This document shows positions 20,034 through 29,503 of a DNA stretch of 64,000 bases, in pieces. Each line of letters starts with the position of its first letter. The first letter of the stretch is position 1. The notes under the pieces were generated by a model, which saw nothing but the letters and a program-made list of their open reading frames with translations, had not been told where the DNA came from and did not search any database. A program made the translations under genes and the position numbers. The stretch is from an uncultured Gammaproteobacteria bacterium (GTDB lineage Bacteria; Patescibacteriota; Patescibacteriia; UBA9934), in NCBI GenBank assembly GCA_964452565.1, contig CAYVLY010000003.1:22555-86554 (forward strand), read 5' to 3'.

Positions 20034-20083
20034 GTTATAAAACAAATCTCACCCTAAACACAAAACCGCCATTTGTCCCAGTA

Positions 20084-20107
20084 GATCCCTCCTAACGTCG
20101 GGATGGT
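20084..20107. repeat. GATCCCTC..TCGGGATGGT repeat
   Basis: Near reverse-complement copy at 43211-43237. Here it sits inside the AAAACCGCC/GGCGGTTTT hairpin after rpmA. Confidence 0.55.
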
Positions 20108-20135
20108 GTGGGGCCTCAGGCGGTTTTGATTAATG

Positions 20136-20408
20136 TTAGGCTACGTGAACCAGTGTGCGCTGTTTTAGCTTTCCGTTGAATCCAGCAATTTTCTTTTTTG
20201 AAAACTTTGCGATTCCATCTACTGCAGCGTATAGAGTGTCATCTTTTCCTTTTTTAACATTCTTACCTGGTCGGTACTTTGTACCACGTTGTCGGACTAG
20301 GATTTGTCCTGCCTTTACAGGTTGTCCATCTCCCTTTTTAAGCCCGAGTCGTTGAGATCTCGAATCGCGGCCATTGGAAGTAGAACCCTGCGCCTTTTTA
20401 TGTGCCAT
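20136..20408 (-). CDS. rpmA: 50S ribosomal protein L27
   Basis: [29 protein letters not shown]. Confidence 0.98.
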   Translation of the reverse strand: MAHKKAQGSTSNGRDSRSQRLGLKKGDGQPVKAGQILVRQRGTKYRPGKNVKKGKDDTLYAAVDGIAKFSKKKIAGFNGKLKQRTLVHVA

Positions 20409-20474
20409 ATTGGGCTTTTCAGCTTAGTCGCGACTTATGCAACTGGTACAAGTTAGAATCGCATTACGTCGCAA

Positions 20475-20503
20475 AGTGTAGCGGATTTAGCTCTTTCCGT
20501 CAA
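20475..20503 (-). promoter_or_regulatory. rpmA promoter
   Basis: TTGACG-17 bp-TACACT on the minus strand. Confidence 0.7.
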
Positions 20504-20573
20504 GTGTTTATATACAGTCTGGAATTTTGCGAAAAAACGCGGTATTATAGACCTGTTAATATCTTGATTTAGC

Positions 20574-20966
20574 ATGAAAAAACACATAAAAGTTGCCAGA
20601 AAAAGGTTATCTGAAGTGTTGGTCGGACCTAGGGTAAAGTGGATCTTGGGCATTTCGATCATTTTGCTTTTGATTACTTTTGCAATTCCATTTTGGAAGC
20701 TATATCCTGAGATTGCCACAAAGCCGGCCGTGCCACTGCATTACAATATCCACTTTGGTGTAGATCTTTTTGGTGCATGGTGGCGGGTATTTATGCCATC
20801 AATTGCCGGATTGGTAATAATAATTATCAATACAATTCTTGCGGCAGTCTATTGCAAAAAGCAAAAGATGCTTTCATACTATGCATTGCTTGCAACCCCA
20901 GTGCTCATGGTTTTCCTTATCCTTGCTTCACTATTCATTACTCTTTTGAACCTCTCCTATGATTGA
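20574..20966 (+). CDS. Small membrane protein (DUF1648-like)
   Basis: VPLHYNIHFGVD loop between TM helices. Confidence 0.7.
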   Translation: MKKHIKVARKRLSEVLVGPRVKWILGISIILLLITFAIPFWKLYPEIATKPAVPLHYNIHFGVDLFGAWWRVFMPSIAGLVIIIINTILAAVYCKKQKMLSYYALLATPVLMVFLILASLFITLLNLSYD

Positions 20967-22020
20967 TCCCGGAGTGATTGGAAAAATACTTCTACTTACT
21001 ACTATCTCATTTGTCGTGGCGATTGCCTGGACACCGCTTTTGACGCACGTGTTGTACAAACATAAGATCGGAAAGTCTTTGCGTAGTAAAAAGCAGGCTC
21101 CGATTTTTCATAAAATGCATGAAAAGAAGATTGGCACACCAACAATGGGTGGGGTATTAATTTGGCTCACAGTGTTCGCGCTTTCTGTCTTCTTCCTGTT
21201 CTTTAGCCAGTTTGAGGTACCGCTATTAAGTGAACTGAACTTCTTGACCCGAGGCCAGACATTGCTGCCACTTGGAGCACTTGTTGCATCTGGTCTTGTT
21301 GGAATGATTGATGATCTTTTAAATGTTCGCGGTATTGGTAAGAACGGAGGTGGAATTCACATCAGGCATCGATTAGCTCTTTATTCAGTGATCGCAGTCG
21401 TTGGAGCTTGGTGGTTTTACGACAAGCTGGATTGGGATTTGTTTCACGTTCCGTTTGTTGAATCGTTTAATATCGGCTGGTGGTACATTCCGATCTTTAT
21501 CATCGTGATCGTTGGGACATCATTCTCTGTAAATCAAACTGACGGACTGGATGGACTTGCTGGCGGAACACTTGTTTCATCTTTTTCAGCCTTTGCAGTA
21601 ATCGCACTATTTCAAGAGCGCTATGAACTTGCTGTGTTCTGCGGTGTGATTGTCGGAGCGTTAATCGCATTTTTGTGGTTTAACATTTTTCCAGCACGAT
21701 TCTTCATGGGTGACACAGGAGCCATGTCCCTAGGAGTTACACTTGCCATAGTTGCCATGCTAACGAATACAGCTCTCCTACTACCGATTATTGGATTTGT
21801 GTTTGTTGTTGAGGCAATTTCGACAATCATTCAGCTTATATCGAAAAAACTATTCAAGAAGAAGGTTTTTAAAGTTGCGCCAGTGCATCATCATTTTGAA
21901 GCCAAGGGGTGGCCAGAACCAAAGGTTGTAATGCGTTTTTGGGTAATATCATGGATTGCAGCGGCTTTGGGTATCGTGCTCTTCTTGCTTGACATTTCAA
22001 TCACAGGAGGTTCGCTATAG
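20959..22020 (+). CDS. mraY: Phospho-N-acetylmuramoyl-pentapeptide transferase
   Basis: KIGTPTMGG, NQTDGLDGL, FMGDTG and APVHHHFE motifs. Confidence 0.97.
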   Translation: MIDPGVIGKILLLTTISFVVAIAWTPLLTHVLYKHKIGKSLRSKKQAPIFHKMHEKKIGTPTMGGVLIWLTVFALSVFFLFFSQFEVPLLSELNFLTRGQTLLPLGALVASGLVGMIDDLLNVRGIGKNGGGIHIRHRLALYSVIAVVGAWWFYDKLDWDLFHVPFVESFNIGWWYIPIFIIVIVGTSFSVNQTDGLDGLAGGTLVSSFSAFAVIALFQERYELAVFCGVIVGALIAFLWFNIFPARFFMGDTGAMSLGVTLAIVAMLTNTALLLPIIGFVFVVEAISTIIQLISKKLFKKKVFKVAPVHHHFEAKGWPEPKVVMRFWVISWIAAALGIVLFLLDISITGGSL

Positions 22021-22021
22021 T

Positions 22022-23131
22022 ATGGCTAGAACACAAAAAAGACAGTTTGACAGCGTCTTTTTTGGATTAGTAATTGGACTCACGATTTTTGGATTGATCA
22101 TCCTAACCTCAGCATCTGGCCCGTCTGGTTACGAAGAGTTTGGGGACAGTTATTACTTTCTTAAGCATCAGTTAATTTCGGGAATCATTCCAGGTTTAGC
22201 TGTGATGGTCGCAGCCATGTTCACGCCGTATTCCTGGTACAGAAAGATCGCGTTTCCGCTTTTGTTGGTTTCGATAGGATTATTGATTCTGGTGTTTATC
22301 CCAGGAATTGGAACTGACTTTGGGACCTTTGCAAATAGTTGGGTCGATATTAGTGGCTTTTCTTTTCAGCCTGCTGAGATAGTTAAGCTCACATTCTTAT
22401 TGTATTTGTGTGCATGGATGGCGGAACGGGCTGGAGGTAAGCTGCAGGACTTTTCAGAAGGACTAGTGCCATTCTTGATAATCATCGGAATCATTGCAGG
22501 GCTTGTGCTTTTACAGCCTGACCTTGGGACACTTTCGGTTATAGGGGCTATGGCATTCATAATATTCTTTATTGCCGGTGGATCATTAAAGCACATTTTA
22601 GGAATAGGAATAGCCTGCTTTGCTGCACTTTACGTATTGATTGCATCATCACCATATCGAGTAGAGCGTTTTACAACCTTCTTGCATCCAGAGCTTGATC
22701 CCCAAGGTGTTGGCTATCAGATTAACCAGGCTTTGTTGGCGATTGGATCTGGTGGATTGTTTGGACGGGGATATGGCCACTCTTTGCAAAAGTTTCAATA
22801 CTTACCAGAGGTTATTGGAGACTCGATTTTTGCTGTTATGGCCGAGGAGCTTGGATTCTTTCTAACTGTTGGGTTTGTAGCATTGTTTGTCGCGATGATC
22901 CTAAGGGGGTTTTGGCTTTCTGAGCGCGTGCAGGATCGGTTTGGTCGGTTTTTGATCATTGGAGTGGTGAGTTGGTTTGGTGTGCAGGCTTTTGTAAATA
23001 TCGGAGCTATGGTCGGCGTTCTGCCAATCACAGGAGTGCCTTTGCCGTTTCTAAGTTATGGAGGAACTGCAATGGTGGTATCATTAGCAGCAGCAGGTGT
23101 TGTAATGAATATTTCAAAATATGCAAAATGA
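22022..23131 (+). CDS. ftsW: SEDS protein FtsW
   Basis: FQPAEIVK, LQPDLG, GYQINQ and TGVPLPFLSYGG motifs; lies between mraY and murG. Confidence 0.93.
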   Translation: MARTQKRQFDSVFFGLVIGLTIFGLIILTSASGPSGYEEFGDSYYFLKHQLISGIIPGLAVMVAAMFTPYSWYRKIAFPLLLVSIGLLILVFIPGIGTDFGTFANSWVDISGFSFQPAEIVKLTFLLYLCAWMAERAGGKLQDFSEGLVPFLIIIGIIAGLVLLQPDLGTLSVIGAMAFIIFFIAGGSLKHILGIGIACFAALYVLIASSPYRVERFTTFLHPELDPQGVGYQINQALLAIGSGGLFGRGYGHSLQKFQYLPEVIGDSIFAVMAEELGFFLTVGFVALFVAMILRGFWLSERVQDRFGRFLIIGVVSWFGVQAFVNIGAMVGVLPITGVPLPFLSYGGTAMVVSLAAAGVVMNISKYAK

Positions 23132-24194
23132 AGGAGGCGAAAAACGAATACTCATGACAGGTGGTGGGACCCTGGGTCCTGTGACGCCTCTTTTAGCTAT
23201 CGTAGAGGAGTGGCAAAGTCAGGAGGAGGTCGAGGTAAGTTGGATTGGAACGCGTAAAGGTGCGGAACGGGCTTTGGTCGAATCAATGCAGATTCCGTTT
23301 GTGTCGATTGTATCGACAAAATTCGATCGAAGCCGATGGTGGAAGTGGTGGTTGATTCCGATACAATTGCTTATCGGATGTGTACAAGCTGGAATCGAAC
23401 TTCGAAAATCACAGCCAGATATTGTGTTTACTGCAGGTGGGTATGTAAGTGTTCCGGTTCTGATCATAGCTAGACTTATGGGGATGGCTACTTGGGTTCA
23501 TCAGCTCGATATAGTTCCAGGCTTGGCAAATCGAATCATGGCACCGTTTGCACATCAGATTACAGTCACATGGCCAGACTCTCTTGAACATTTTTCACAA
23601 AAGAAGACTACAGTAGTTGGGGGTGTGATGCGTCACGCATTGTTGCACGGTGATCGTGATCAAGCCTGTGAGCGGTATGGGTTGAAAAAAGATATGCCGA
23701 TTTTGTTAGTTGTCGGCGGTGGAACTGGTGCACTATCGATAAATGAGGCAATGGAGGCTATTGGATCTGATCTTCTTGAAGATATTCAAATCGTACATCT
23801 AACCGGAAAGGGCAAGATGACTCAAAAGCTCGAAAGCATGGGTGAGGGTTATATAGCGCTTGAGTTCCTTGGAGTGGGAATGAAGGATGCTTTTGCTATG
23901 GCTGACATGGTTATTGCACGAGCCGGTATGGGAACTATCATCGAACTTTGTGCTTTGAAAAAGCCGACTATAGTGATTCCGCTTCATAACACTGACCAAC
24001 TGGCAAATGCCCGAATGATCGAGGAGCGTGGTGCTGCTGAGGTGTTATGGGAGGTGAACCCGCAGATACTTAAACAAACGATTAAGAAGCTAATGTCGAA
24101 TGATGAGCGTCGAAAGCGTCTGTCATATCGTATTAGCGCCTTATTCTCAGCCTTTGGGGCAAAGGATATTGTAAGAATGGCAAAAGATATTTGA
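23121..24194 (+). CDS. murG: MurG GlcNAc transferase
   Basis: TGGGTLGPV, GGYVSVP, RAGMGTI and DQLANA motifs. Confidence 0.93.
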   Translation: MQNEGGEKRILMTGGGTLGPVTPLLAIVEEWQSQEEVEVSWIGTRKGAERALVESMQIPFVSIVSTKFDRSRWWKWWLIPIQLLIGCVQAGIELRKSQPDIVFTAGGYVSVPVLIIARLMGMATWVHQLDIVPGLANRIMAPFAHQITVTWPDSLEHFSQKKTTVVGGVMRHALLHGDRDQACERYGLKKDMPILLVVGGGTGALSINEAMEAIGSDLLEDIQIVHLTGKGKMTQKLESMGEGYIALEFLGVGMKDAFAMADMVIARAGMGTIIELCALKKPTIVIPLHNTDQLANARMIEERGAAEVLWEVNPQILKQTIKKLMSNDERRKRLSYRISALFSAFGAKDIVRMAKDI

Positions 24195-24196
24195 AA

Positions 24197-24231
24197 CAAA
24201 AACACCCGCTGATATCGTGCGGGTGTTTTTG
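24197..24231. terminator. Bidirectional terminator
   Basis: CAAAAACACCCGC / GCGGGTGTTTTTG perfect 13-bp arms. Confidence 0.85.
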
Positions 24232-24232
24232 A

Positions 24233-24412
24233 TTACTCGGCAGGTGTCTCTACTGGAGCCTCCTCTGCAGGTGCCTCTGCCGGCGCTTCTGCTGGAGCCT
24301 CAGCAGGAGTTTCCTCTGCTGGAGCAGCAGTCTCACCAGCGCAGTTTGGGCAAAGACCATCAGTCAATTGCTCATCTGCAACTTCTGAGCTGCATGCAAC
24401 ACATACTCCCAT
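24233..24412 (-). CDS. 59-aa protein: CxxC..CxxC zinc ribbon plus EAPAE acidic tail (not in ORF track)
   Basis: Manual translation: MGVCVACSSEVADEQLTDGLCPNCAGETAAPAEETPAEAPAEAPAEAPAEEAPVETPAE*. TATG start and downstream terminator. Confidence 0.75.
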   Translation of the reverse strand: MGVCVACSSEVADEQLTDGLCPNCAGETAAPAEETPAEAPAEAPAEAPAEEAPVETPAE

Positions 24413-24494
24413 ATTTGAGTCGTGTTATGAATTAGTTTGCTTATTAATAGTAACAAAAACCAGCGAGTTTGTCGCTGGTATATTGTTTTTTTAT

Positions 24495-24644
24495 CTACTC
24501 AGCAGGTGCCTCAGCTGGAGCTTCTTCTGCTGGAGCCTCAGCTGGAGTCTCCTCAGTTGTAGCTGCTTCCTCTACAGTCTCCTCAGCAGGAGCTGCTGTT
24601 GGCTCATCAGTTGCTGGAGTTGCCACTGTTGTATCTTCATCCAT
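24495..24644 (-). CDS. 49-aa acidic Ala/Pro/Glu/Thr-rich protein (not in ORF track)
   Basis: Manual translation: MDEDTTVATPATDEPTAAPAEETVEEAATTEETPAEAPAEEAPAEAPAE*. TGcTACAAT upstream, ACCAGCGA/TCGCTGGT hairpin downstream. Confidence 0.7.
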   Translation of the reverse strand: MDEDTTVATPATDEPTAAPAEETVEEAATTEETPAEAPAEEAPAEAPAE

Positions 24645-24722
24645 ACGAATATATTATTAATGATTTAACTATGATCCATTGTAGCAGATTATTCTTAAAA
24701 CCTGTGGACAAACAGTGAATAC

Positions 24723-24751
24723 TTGATTTATTCAGCTAAATGTGGTATAAA
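24723..24751 (+). promoter_or_regulatory. tRNA promoter
   Basis: TTGATT-17 bp (ending TGg)-TATAAA. Confidence 0.65.
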
Positions 24752-24783
24752 TTTGCCGTTGAATAACAATTTAATCTCATTGA

Positions 24784-24859
24784 GCACCGGTAGCTCAGTT
24801 GGTAGAGCGAGGGCCTTTTAAGCCCGAGGTCGCGGGTTCGAGTCCCGCCCGGTGTACCA
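24784..24859 (+). tRNA. tRNA-Lys(UUU)
   Basis: 76-nt cloverleaf, D-arm GCTC-AGTTGGTA-GAGC, anticodon loop CTTTTAA, GGTTCGAGTCC and encoded CCA. Confidence 0.96.
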
Positions 24860-24890
24860 AAAATAACGCAGTCAAACTGCGTTATTTTTG
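24858..24890 (+). terminator. tRNA terminator
   Basis: CAAAAATAACGCAG / CTGCGTTATTTTTG. Confidence 0.75.
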
Positions 24891-24908
24891 CTATAATTAA
24901 GATACATT

Positions 24909-26021
24909 ATGCGGATTGCGATGATTGGACAAAAGGGAGTTGCGACTGGCGGGCGCTCAGGTGGAATTGAGGCGCACGTGCGAGAGGTTGCAAAACGATT
25001 GGCGTTCATTGGCCATGAGGTTTTTGTTTATGCCCGCGCTAAGTATGATCCTGAAAAGCCAGAGAGCTTTGAAGGTGCACGATTGGTTTTTCTGCCAACA
25101 GTCTATTCAAAACACATCGAAGCGATCCTACACACTTTAATTGCTTCGATACATGCACTGCGTAAAGATTATGACATTATTCATTATCACGGTGTTGGTC
25201 CTGCAACCTTGGCTTGGATTCCAAAGTTGTTTGCACGAAAGGCTAAGGTGATTGTAACTTTTCATTCCCAGGATCGGTTTCATAAAAAATGGGGTTGGTT
25301 TGCTCGCGTGTATCTTTTGTTTGGCGAATGGGCATCAGTGATGTTTTCACATTACTGTATTGCCGTATCTCACGAGATGCAAGTCTTCTGTCGCAGTAGA
25401 TATAAGCGAGAGGTTGTCTATATTCCAAATGGCGCCGAACTGAAAACTGTGAAGGGTCATGAGGAGCTTGAAAAGTTCGGACTTAAGCCAAAAGAGTATT
25501 TTGTAAACGTAGGACGTATTGTGCCGCAAAAAGGACTTCATTTTTTGATCGATGCATATAAAAATATCGATACTGACAAAAAAGTGGTCATTGTTGGCGC
25601 TCCGAGTTTTTCAGGAGACTACTACACAAAGATGCGTGAACTTGCAAAAGGCGATGACCGTATCCGATTTCTCGGCTTTCAAGAAGGTGAAACTCTTGAA
25701 CAGCTTTATTCAAATGCGTATGCATATGTTCATCCTTCAGAATATGAAGGCCTGCCATTGGTTATTCTCGAAGCAATGAGTTTTGGTTTAATGCCAATCG
25801 TCTCTGATATCGCACCTAATGTGGAAGCTATTCACGGCATAGGTCTTACTTTTACAACAGCAAATATGCAGGACTTACGCGACAAGCTTGAATACGCGAT
25901 AAGTCATCCAACTATTGTCCAAGATCAGGCAGAGGAAGCCCGCGCTATTATTGAAACTCATTTTAACTGGGATACAATCACAGACCATATTGAAGCTGTT
26001 TATATAACGTCGAGGCATTGA
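24909..26021 (+). CDS. Glycosyltransferase family 4
   Basis: GGIE, VGRIVPQKG and EGLPLVILEAMS motifs. Confidence 0.92.
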   Translation: MRIAMIGQKGVATGGRSGGIEAHVREVAKRLAFIGHEVFVYARAKYDPEKPESFEGARLVFLPTVYSKHIEAILHTLIASIHALRKDYDIIHYHGVGPATLAWIPKLFARKAKVIVTFHSQDRFHKKWGWFARVYLLFGEWASVMFSHYCIAVSHEMQVFCRSRYKREVVYIPNGAELKTVKGHEELEKFGLKPKEYFVNVGRIVPQKGLHFLIDAYKNIDTDKKVVIVGAPSFSGDYYTKMRELAKGDDRIRFLGFQEGETLEQLYSNAYAYVHPSEYEGLPLVILEAMSFGLMPIVSDIAPNVEAIHGIGLTFTTANMQDLRDKLEYAISHPTIVQDQAEEARAIIETHFNWDTITDHIEAVYITSRH

Positions 26022-26084
26022 TCCAGAACACAGAACACAGAACTCAGTTGCGTCTGGGTTCTGAGGTCTGCAGTCTGGATTCTG
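26022..26084. repeat. Inverted heptamer repeat cluster
   Basis: cagaaca cagaaca cagaact cag ... tctgggt tctgagg tctgcag tctggat tctg. Confidence 0.65.
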
Positions 26085-26097
26085 CAAACTCTATACT

Positions 26098-28704
26098 ATG
26101 ACAGATAAATCACAACAACTACAACTTCCATGGCATGCGCACTCCGTAGCGGATGTGTTTTTAGCTTTTAATACATCAGCGCAGGGTCTATCTGAATCAG
26201 AAGTAAGGGACAGGATCGAAGAACATGGGCTAAACGAATTGCCGAAAAAAGTTCCACGCTCTGGATTGGCTATATTTTTTACACAATTTGCAAATCCGTT
26301 GATGATCATTTTGGTGTTAGCTGCTGTTATAAGTGCACTATTACAGGAATGGCTTGATACAAGTGTGATTCTGTTTGCAGTTTTGTTAAATGCGATTTTA
26401 GGTTTTGTGGAAGAGTATAAGGCTGATAAATCAATGGAGAAGCTCAAATCGTTTTTACCGCAGCGTGCAAGGGTACGTAGGGGTGGAGTTGAGCGCATCA
26501 TTGATTCAAAACAGATTGTGCCAGGTGATGTTGTTATTCTTGGAACTGGCGACAAGATTATGGCAGATGGGCGTATCATCCTTACACAATCACTCGAGGT
26601 AAGTGAAGCAGCTCTCACTGGAGAGTCGGCGCCTATTGTAAAGCAAAAGGAACGCATAAATGTCAACATCGGTGTAACAGATAGAAAGAACATGCTTTAT
26701 GCAGGAACCGTGCTAGTCGCAGGACGGGCTGAGATGGTTGTCACAAACACGGGTGTTGAAACACAGATTGGTAAGATTACACAACTTGTCGCTGGAGTAG
26801 AACAAACCAAGACCCCCTTGCAAGAACAGATGAGTAAGTTTGCTCGTTGGCTAGGAGGCGCTGTATTACTTATAACTCTGGTCGTATTTTTAGCAGGGAT
26901 TGTTCGTGGTTTTGAGTTTGTTGAGATGATTCGTGTTTCGGTTGCGCTGGCAGTGTCTGCTATTCCTGAGGGGTTAGTAGTCGCGCTGACTGTGATTTTG
27001 GCAATCGGCATGCAAAGGATTCTCAAGAAGCGTGCGTTGATCCGTCGATTGATCGCTGCTGAAACCTTGGGAAGCGTATCAGTTATCTGCATGGATAAAA
27101 CCGGGACACTCACAACAGGCGAGATGGCGGTTGTGGAAGCGCGTGATGCAAAAGGCCAAGTTTCAGATAAGGTCGACGCATTTATTGAACTTGCTGATGC
27201 CCTGTGGAGCACAAAGGACGTTTTCGTAGATGAAGCAGATGGCGAGAGCTTTGCAGGTTCTCCAACTGAAGTAGCGATCATTAAGGCACTGTGGGAAGAT
27301 CGTGATAAGTATGAGCTTCAAAAATGCCAGATCGTCTCAGAGATACCGTTTAATTCAAAATATAAGTATAAGGCTCGCGTCTGTTCATTTGGTGAACGCA
27401 AAGAATTTTATATTGTTGGTGCGCCTGAGATCCTTCTAGAACGACTTGATGCCACTGATCGTCAAATGCGGGATTATCGACTGTGGCTTACAGAGATGAT
27501 TCAAAAGGGCTTGCGTGTTTTGTTGATCGCAAAGCAAAAACAGTTTGGGGATGGGGACATAACACATGATCACATTAAAGACCTAACCTTTGTTGGTTTT
27601 GTTGGGCTAAGCGATCCTTTACGTTCTTCTGCGCGCGAGACCATTGAGAAAGCACAAGACGCTGGACTTTTGCCAGTGATGATCACGGGTGATCATCCAG
27701 ATACAGCTTTTCATATTGCCCGCGATGCTGGGCTTGTAACACGTGAGGATCAGATTATAACAGGGGTGCAGCTTGATGAGCTTGATGATGTCACTTTTGC
27801 TTCAGAGCTTGAGAATATTATTGTTTATGCTCGGGTCTTGCCTAGGCATAAGCTTCGCATTGTTAATGCCTGGCGCACAAAGGGCCGGTCTGTAGCGATG
27901 GTTGGGGATGGTGTGAATGACGCTCCAGCTGTTAAGGGCGCAGATATTGGAATCGCACTTGGCTCTGGAACTGAAGTAGCAAAAGAAACGGCAGATATGG
28001 TACTTCTCGACAATCACTTTGCCACTATTGTTGGGGCAATTGAGCAAGGCCGTGCCATTTTTGAAAACATACGTAAGATGGTCGTTTATCTTCTTGCAGA
28101 TTCATTTAGTGAGATTATTTTGATTTTTGGAGCTATAATCTTTGCGCTGCCATTGCCTATCCTGCCAGCTCAGATTCTTTGGATCAATCTTGTGACTGAT
28201 GGATTTCCAAGTGTTGCTTTGACATTTGAAAAAGCAGAAAAAGGAGTCATGAAAGAACCACCACGGAAGAAAGATGAACCGATTTTGAATAAAGAAATGA
28301 AAGTTCTGATTTTTGTCATCGGAATTATCACAGACCTAATGCTCTTTGCGATCTACTTCTATCTTTTGGACCAGGAGCTTGACATTGATCACATTCGAAC
28401 GTTCATCTTTATCGCGCTTGGTATTGATTCACTCTTTTATGTATTTGCAGTGCGTAAGTTTAGAACAAGTGTTTTCCGATCAAATCCATTTGAGAATAAG
28501 TGGCTAGTTGGCGGTATCTTGGTCGGCTTTTTGTTCTTATTAATACCGATGTTGGTACCGGTACTTCGTGAATGGTTCCACCTCACCCCGCTTACATTAA
28601 TTGAATGGTTGGTTCTAATCGCCATTGCTGTCTTCCAGCTTTTGTTAATCGAAATTGTCAAGATGGGATTCCATAGAAAGCCAAGGCTAGAAAAGGCCAT
28701 GTAA
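26098..28704 (+). CDS. Cation-transporting P-type ATPase (P2, Ca2+-like)
   Basis: LTGES, IPEGL, DKTGTLT, GDGVNDAPA and QILWINLVTD motifs. Confidence 0.95.
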   Translation: MTDKSQQLQLPWHAHSVADVFLAFNTSAQGLSESEVRDRIEEHGLNELPKKVPRSGLAIFFTQFANPLMIILVLAAVISALLQEWLDTSVILFAVLLNAILGFVEEYKADKSMEKLKSFLPQRARVRRGGVERIIDSKQIVPGDVVILGTGDKIMADGRIILTQSLEVSEAALTGESAPIVKQKERINVNIGVTDRKNMLYAGTVLVAGRAEMVVTNTGVETQIGKITQLVAGVEQTKTPLQEQMSKFARWLGGAVLLITLVVFLAGIVRGFEFVEMIRVSVALAVSAIPEGLVVALTVILAIGMQRILKKRALIRRLIAAETLGSVSVICMDKTGTLTTGEMAVVEARDAKGQVSDKVDAFIELADALWSTKDVFVDEADGESFAGSPTEVAIIKALWEDRDKYELQKCQIVSEIPFNSKYKYKARVCSFGERKEFYIVGAPEILLERLDATDRQMRDYRLWLTEMIQKGLRVLLIAKQKQFGDGDITHDHIKDLTFVGFVGLSDPLRSSARETIEKAQDAGLLPVMITGDHPDTAFHIARDAGLVTREDQIITGVQLDELDDVTFASELENIIVYARVLPRHKLRIVNAWRTKGRSVAMVGDGVNDAPAVKGADIGIALGSGTEVAKETADMVLLDNHFATIVGAIEQGRAIFENIRKMVVYLLADSFSEIILIFGAIIFALPLPILPAQILWINLVTDGFPSVALTFEKAEKGVMKEPPRKKDEPILNKEMKVLIFVIGIITDLMLFAIYFYLLDQELDIDHIRTFIFIALGIDSLFYVFAVRKFRTSVFRSNPFENKWLVGGILVGFLFLLIPMLVPVLREWFHLTPLTLIEWLVLIAIAVFQLLLIEIVKMGFHRKPRLEKAM

Positions 28705-28714
28705 ATGTTTTTCA

Positions 28715-29453
28715 CCCAAGGTTCAACCTTGAGCAAGAAACCTTTATTTAATGGGGTTGAGCTGATGTGGTAGCCCATACCTTATCCAGTCAAGTAAAAA
28801 TTTGGAGTAGTTATCAAGTGAATTGAATTCATACTTCAAAATATGCTCAGCATTATTTATAGTCGAGAAAATTTTTCGTACATTCGACCATTTATAGTTG
28901 ATGATAAAATTAATAGCGCTGCATATCTTTTTTGTTCCGGATTTCCATTTTGGATTGATAAATTTTAGTGGATTTAGATGGATATAGCGGAATATATGAA
29001 ATAGATACGTATCACTTGTGATGTGTTTTGATTTATACCTAGATTCGAATAGAGCTCCGGATCTTTCATATTTTTTATTGAAGTACATGGTGTATGCGGT
29101 GCCAACCCTCTGCATATACTTCGGAAGCCCATCTTCTGATAGCTGTTCAATGAGTAGGTGGTAGTGATTATCCATTAAACAATAAGCAAGAATTTTAACA
29201 TAGTCATTCCAATCTTTGCTTACTAGGTCTTTAATACAGCCCAGGAACTTCACTCGATCGCGGTCATCAATAAAGATTATTCGCTTATCAACACCACGAT
29301 TATATACATGGAAGTAGCCGAAGTGTTCATTTGATTTTTTCATAAATAAAATTTCCCCACATTAATATTAGATGGGGAGTACATATCTATCACATCATTT
29401 TATTATAAGAAGGTCAATATAGCTTGTTAATACATTCAAGGTTGAACCTTGGG
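28715..29453 (-). mobile_element. RAYT locus bounded by perfect 18-bp inverted REP-like repeats
   Basis: CCCAAGGTTCAACCTTGA (28715-28732) and TCAAGGTTGAACCTTGGG (29436-29453), with an AT-rich interior. Confidence 0.8.
28744..29343 (-). CDS. REP-associated tyrosine transposase (HUH Y1, IS200-related)
   Basis: FHVYNRG, AYCLMDNHYHLL (HUH), RSGALFESRY, RYIHLNP and KWS motifs. Confidence 0.9.
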   Translation of the reverse strand: MKKSNEHFGYFHVYNRGVDKRIIFIDDRDRVKFLGCIKDLVSKDWNDYVKILAYCLMDNHYHLLIEQLSEDGLPKYMQRVGTAYTMYFNKKYERSGALFESRYKSKHITSDTYLFHIFRYIHLNPLKFINPKWKSGTKKICSAINFIINYKWSNVRKIFSTINNAEHILKYEFNSLDNYSKFLLDWIRYGLPHQLNPIK

Positions 29454-29503
29454 GCTTTTATATATCTACTGCCTACTGCATTCTTTTGCTATAATAGAAT
29501 CAT

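Noticed and set aside
24217-24668. Plus-strand ORFs 24217-24435, 24469-24660 and 24483-24668
   Set aside because: Shadows of the two minus-strand acidic microproteins.
24703-24711. DnaA box-like TTGTCCACA (minus strand) suggesting oriC
   Set aside because: Single mismatched box with no cluster and no dnaA nearby.
24784-29453. tRNA-anchored integrated element
   Set aside because: No integrase and no duplicated tRNA 3' end seen.
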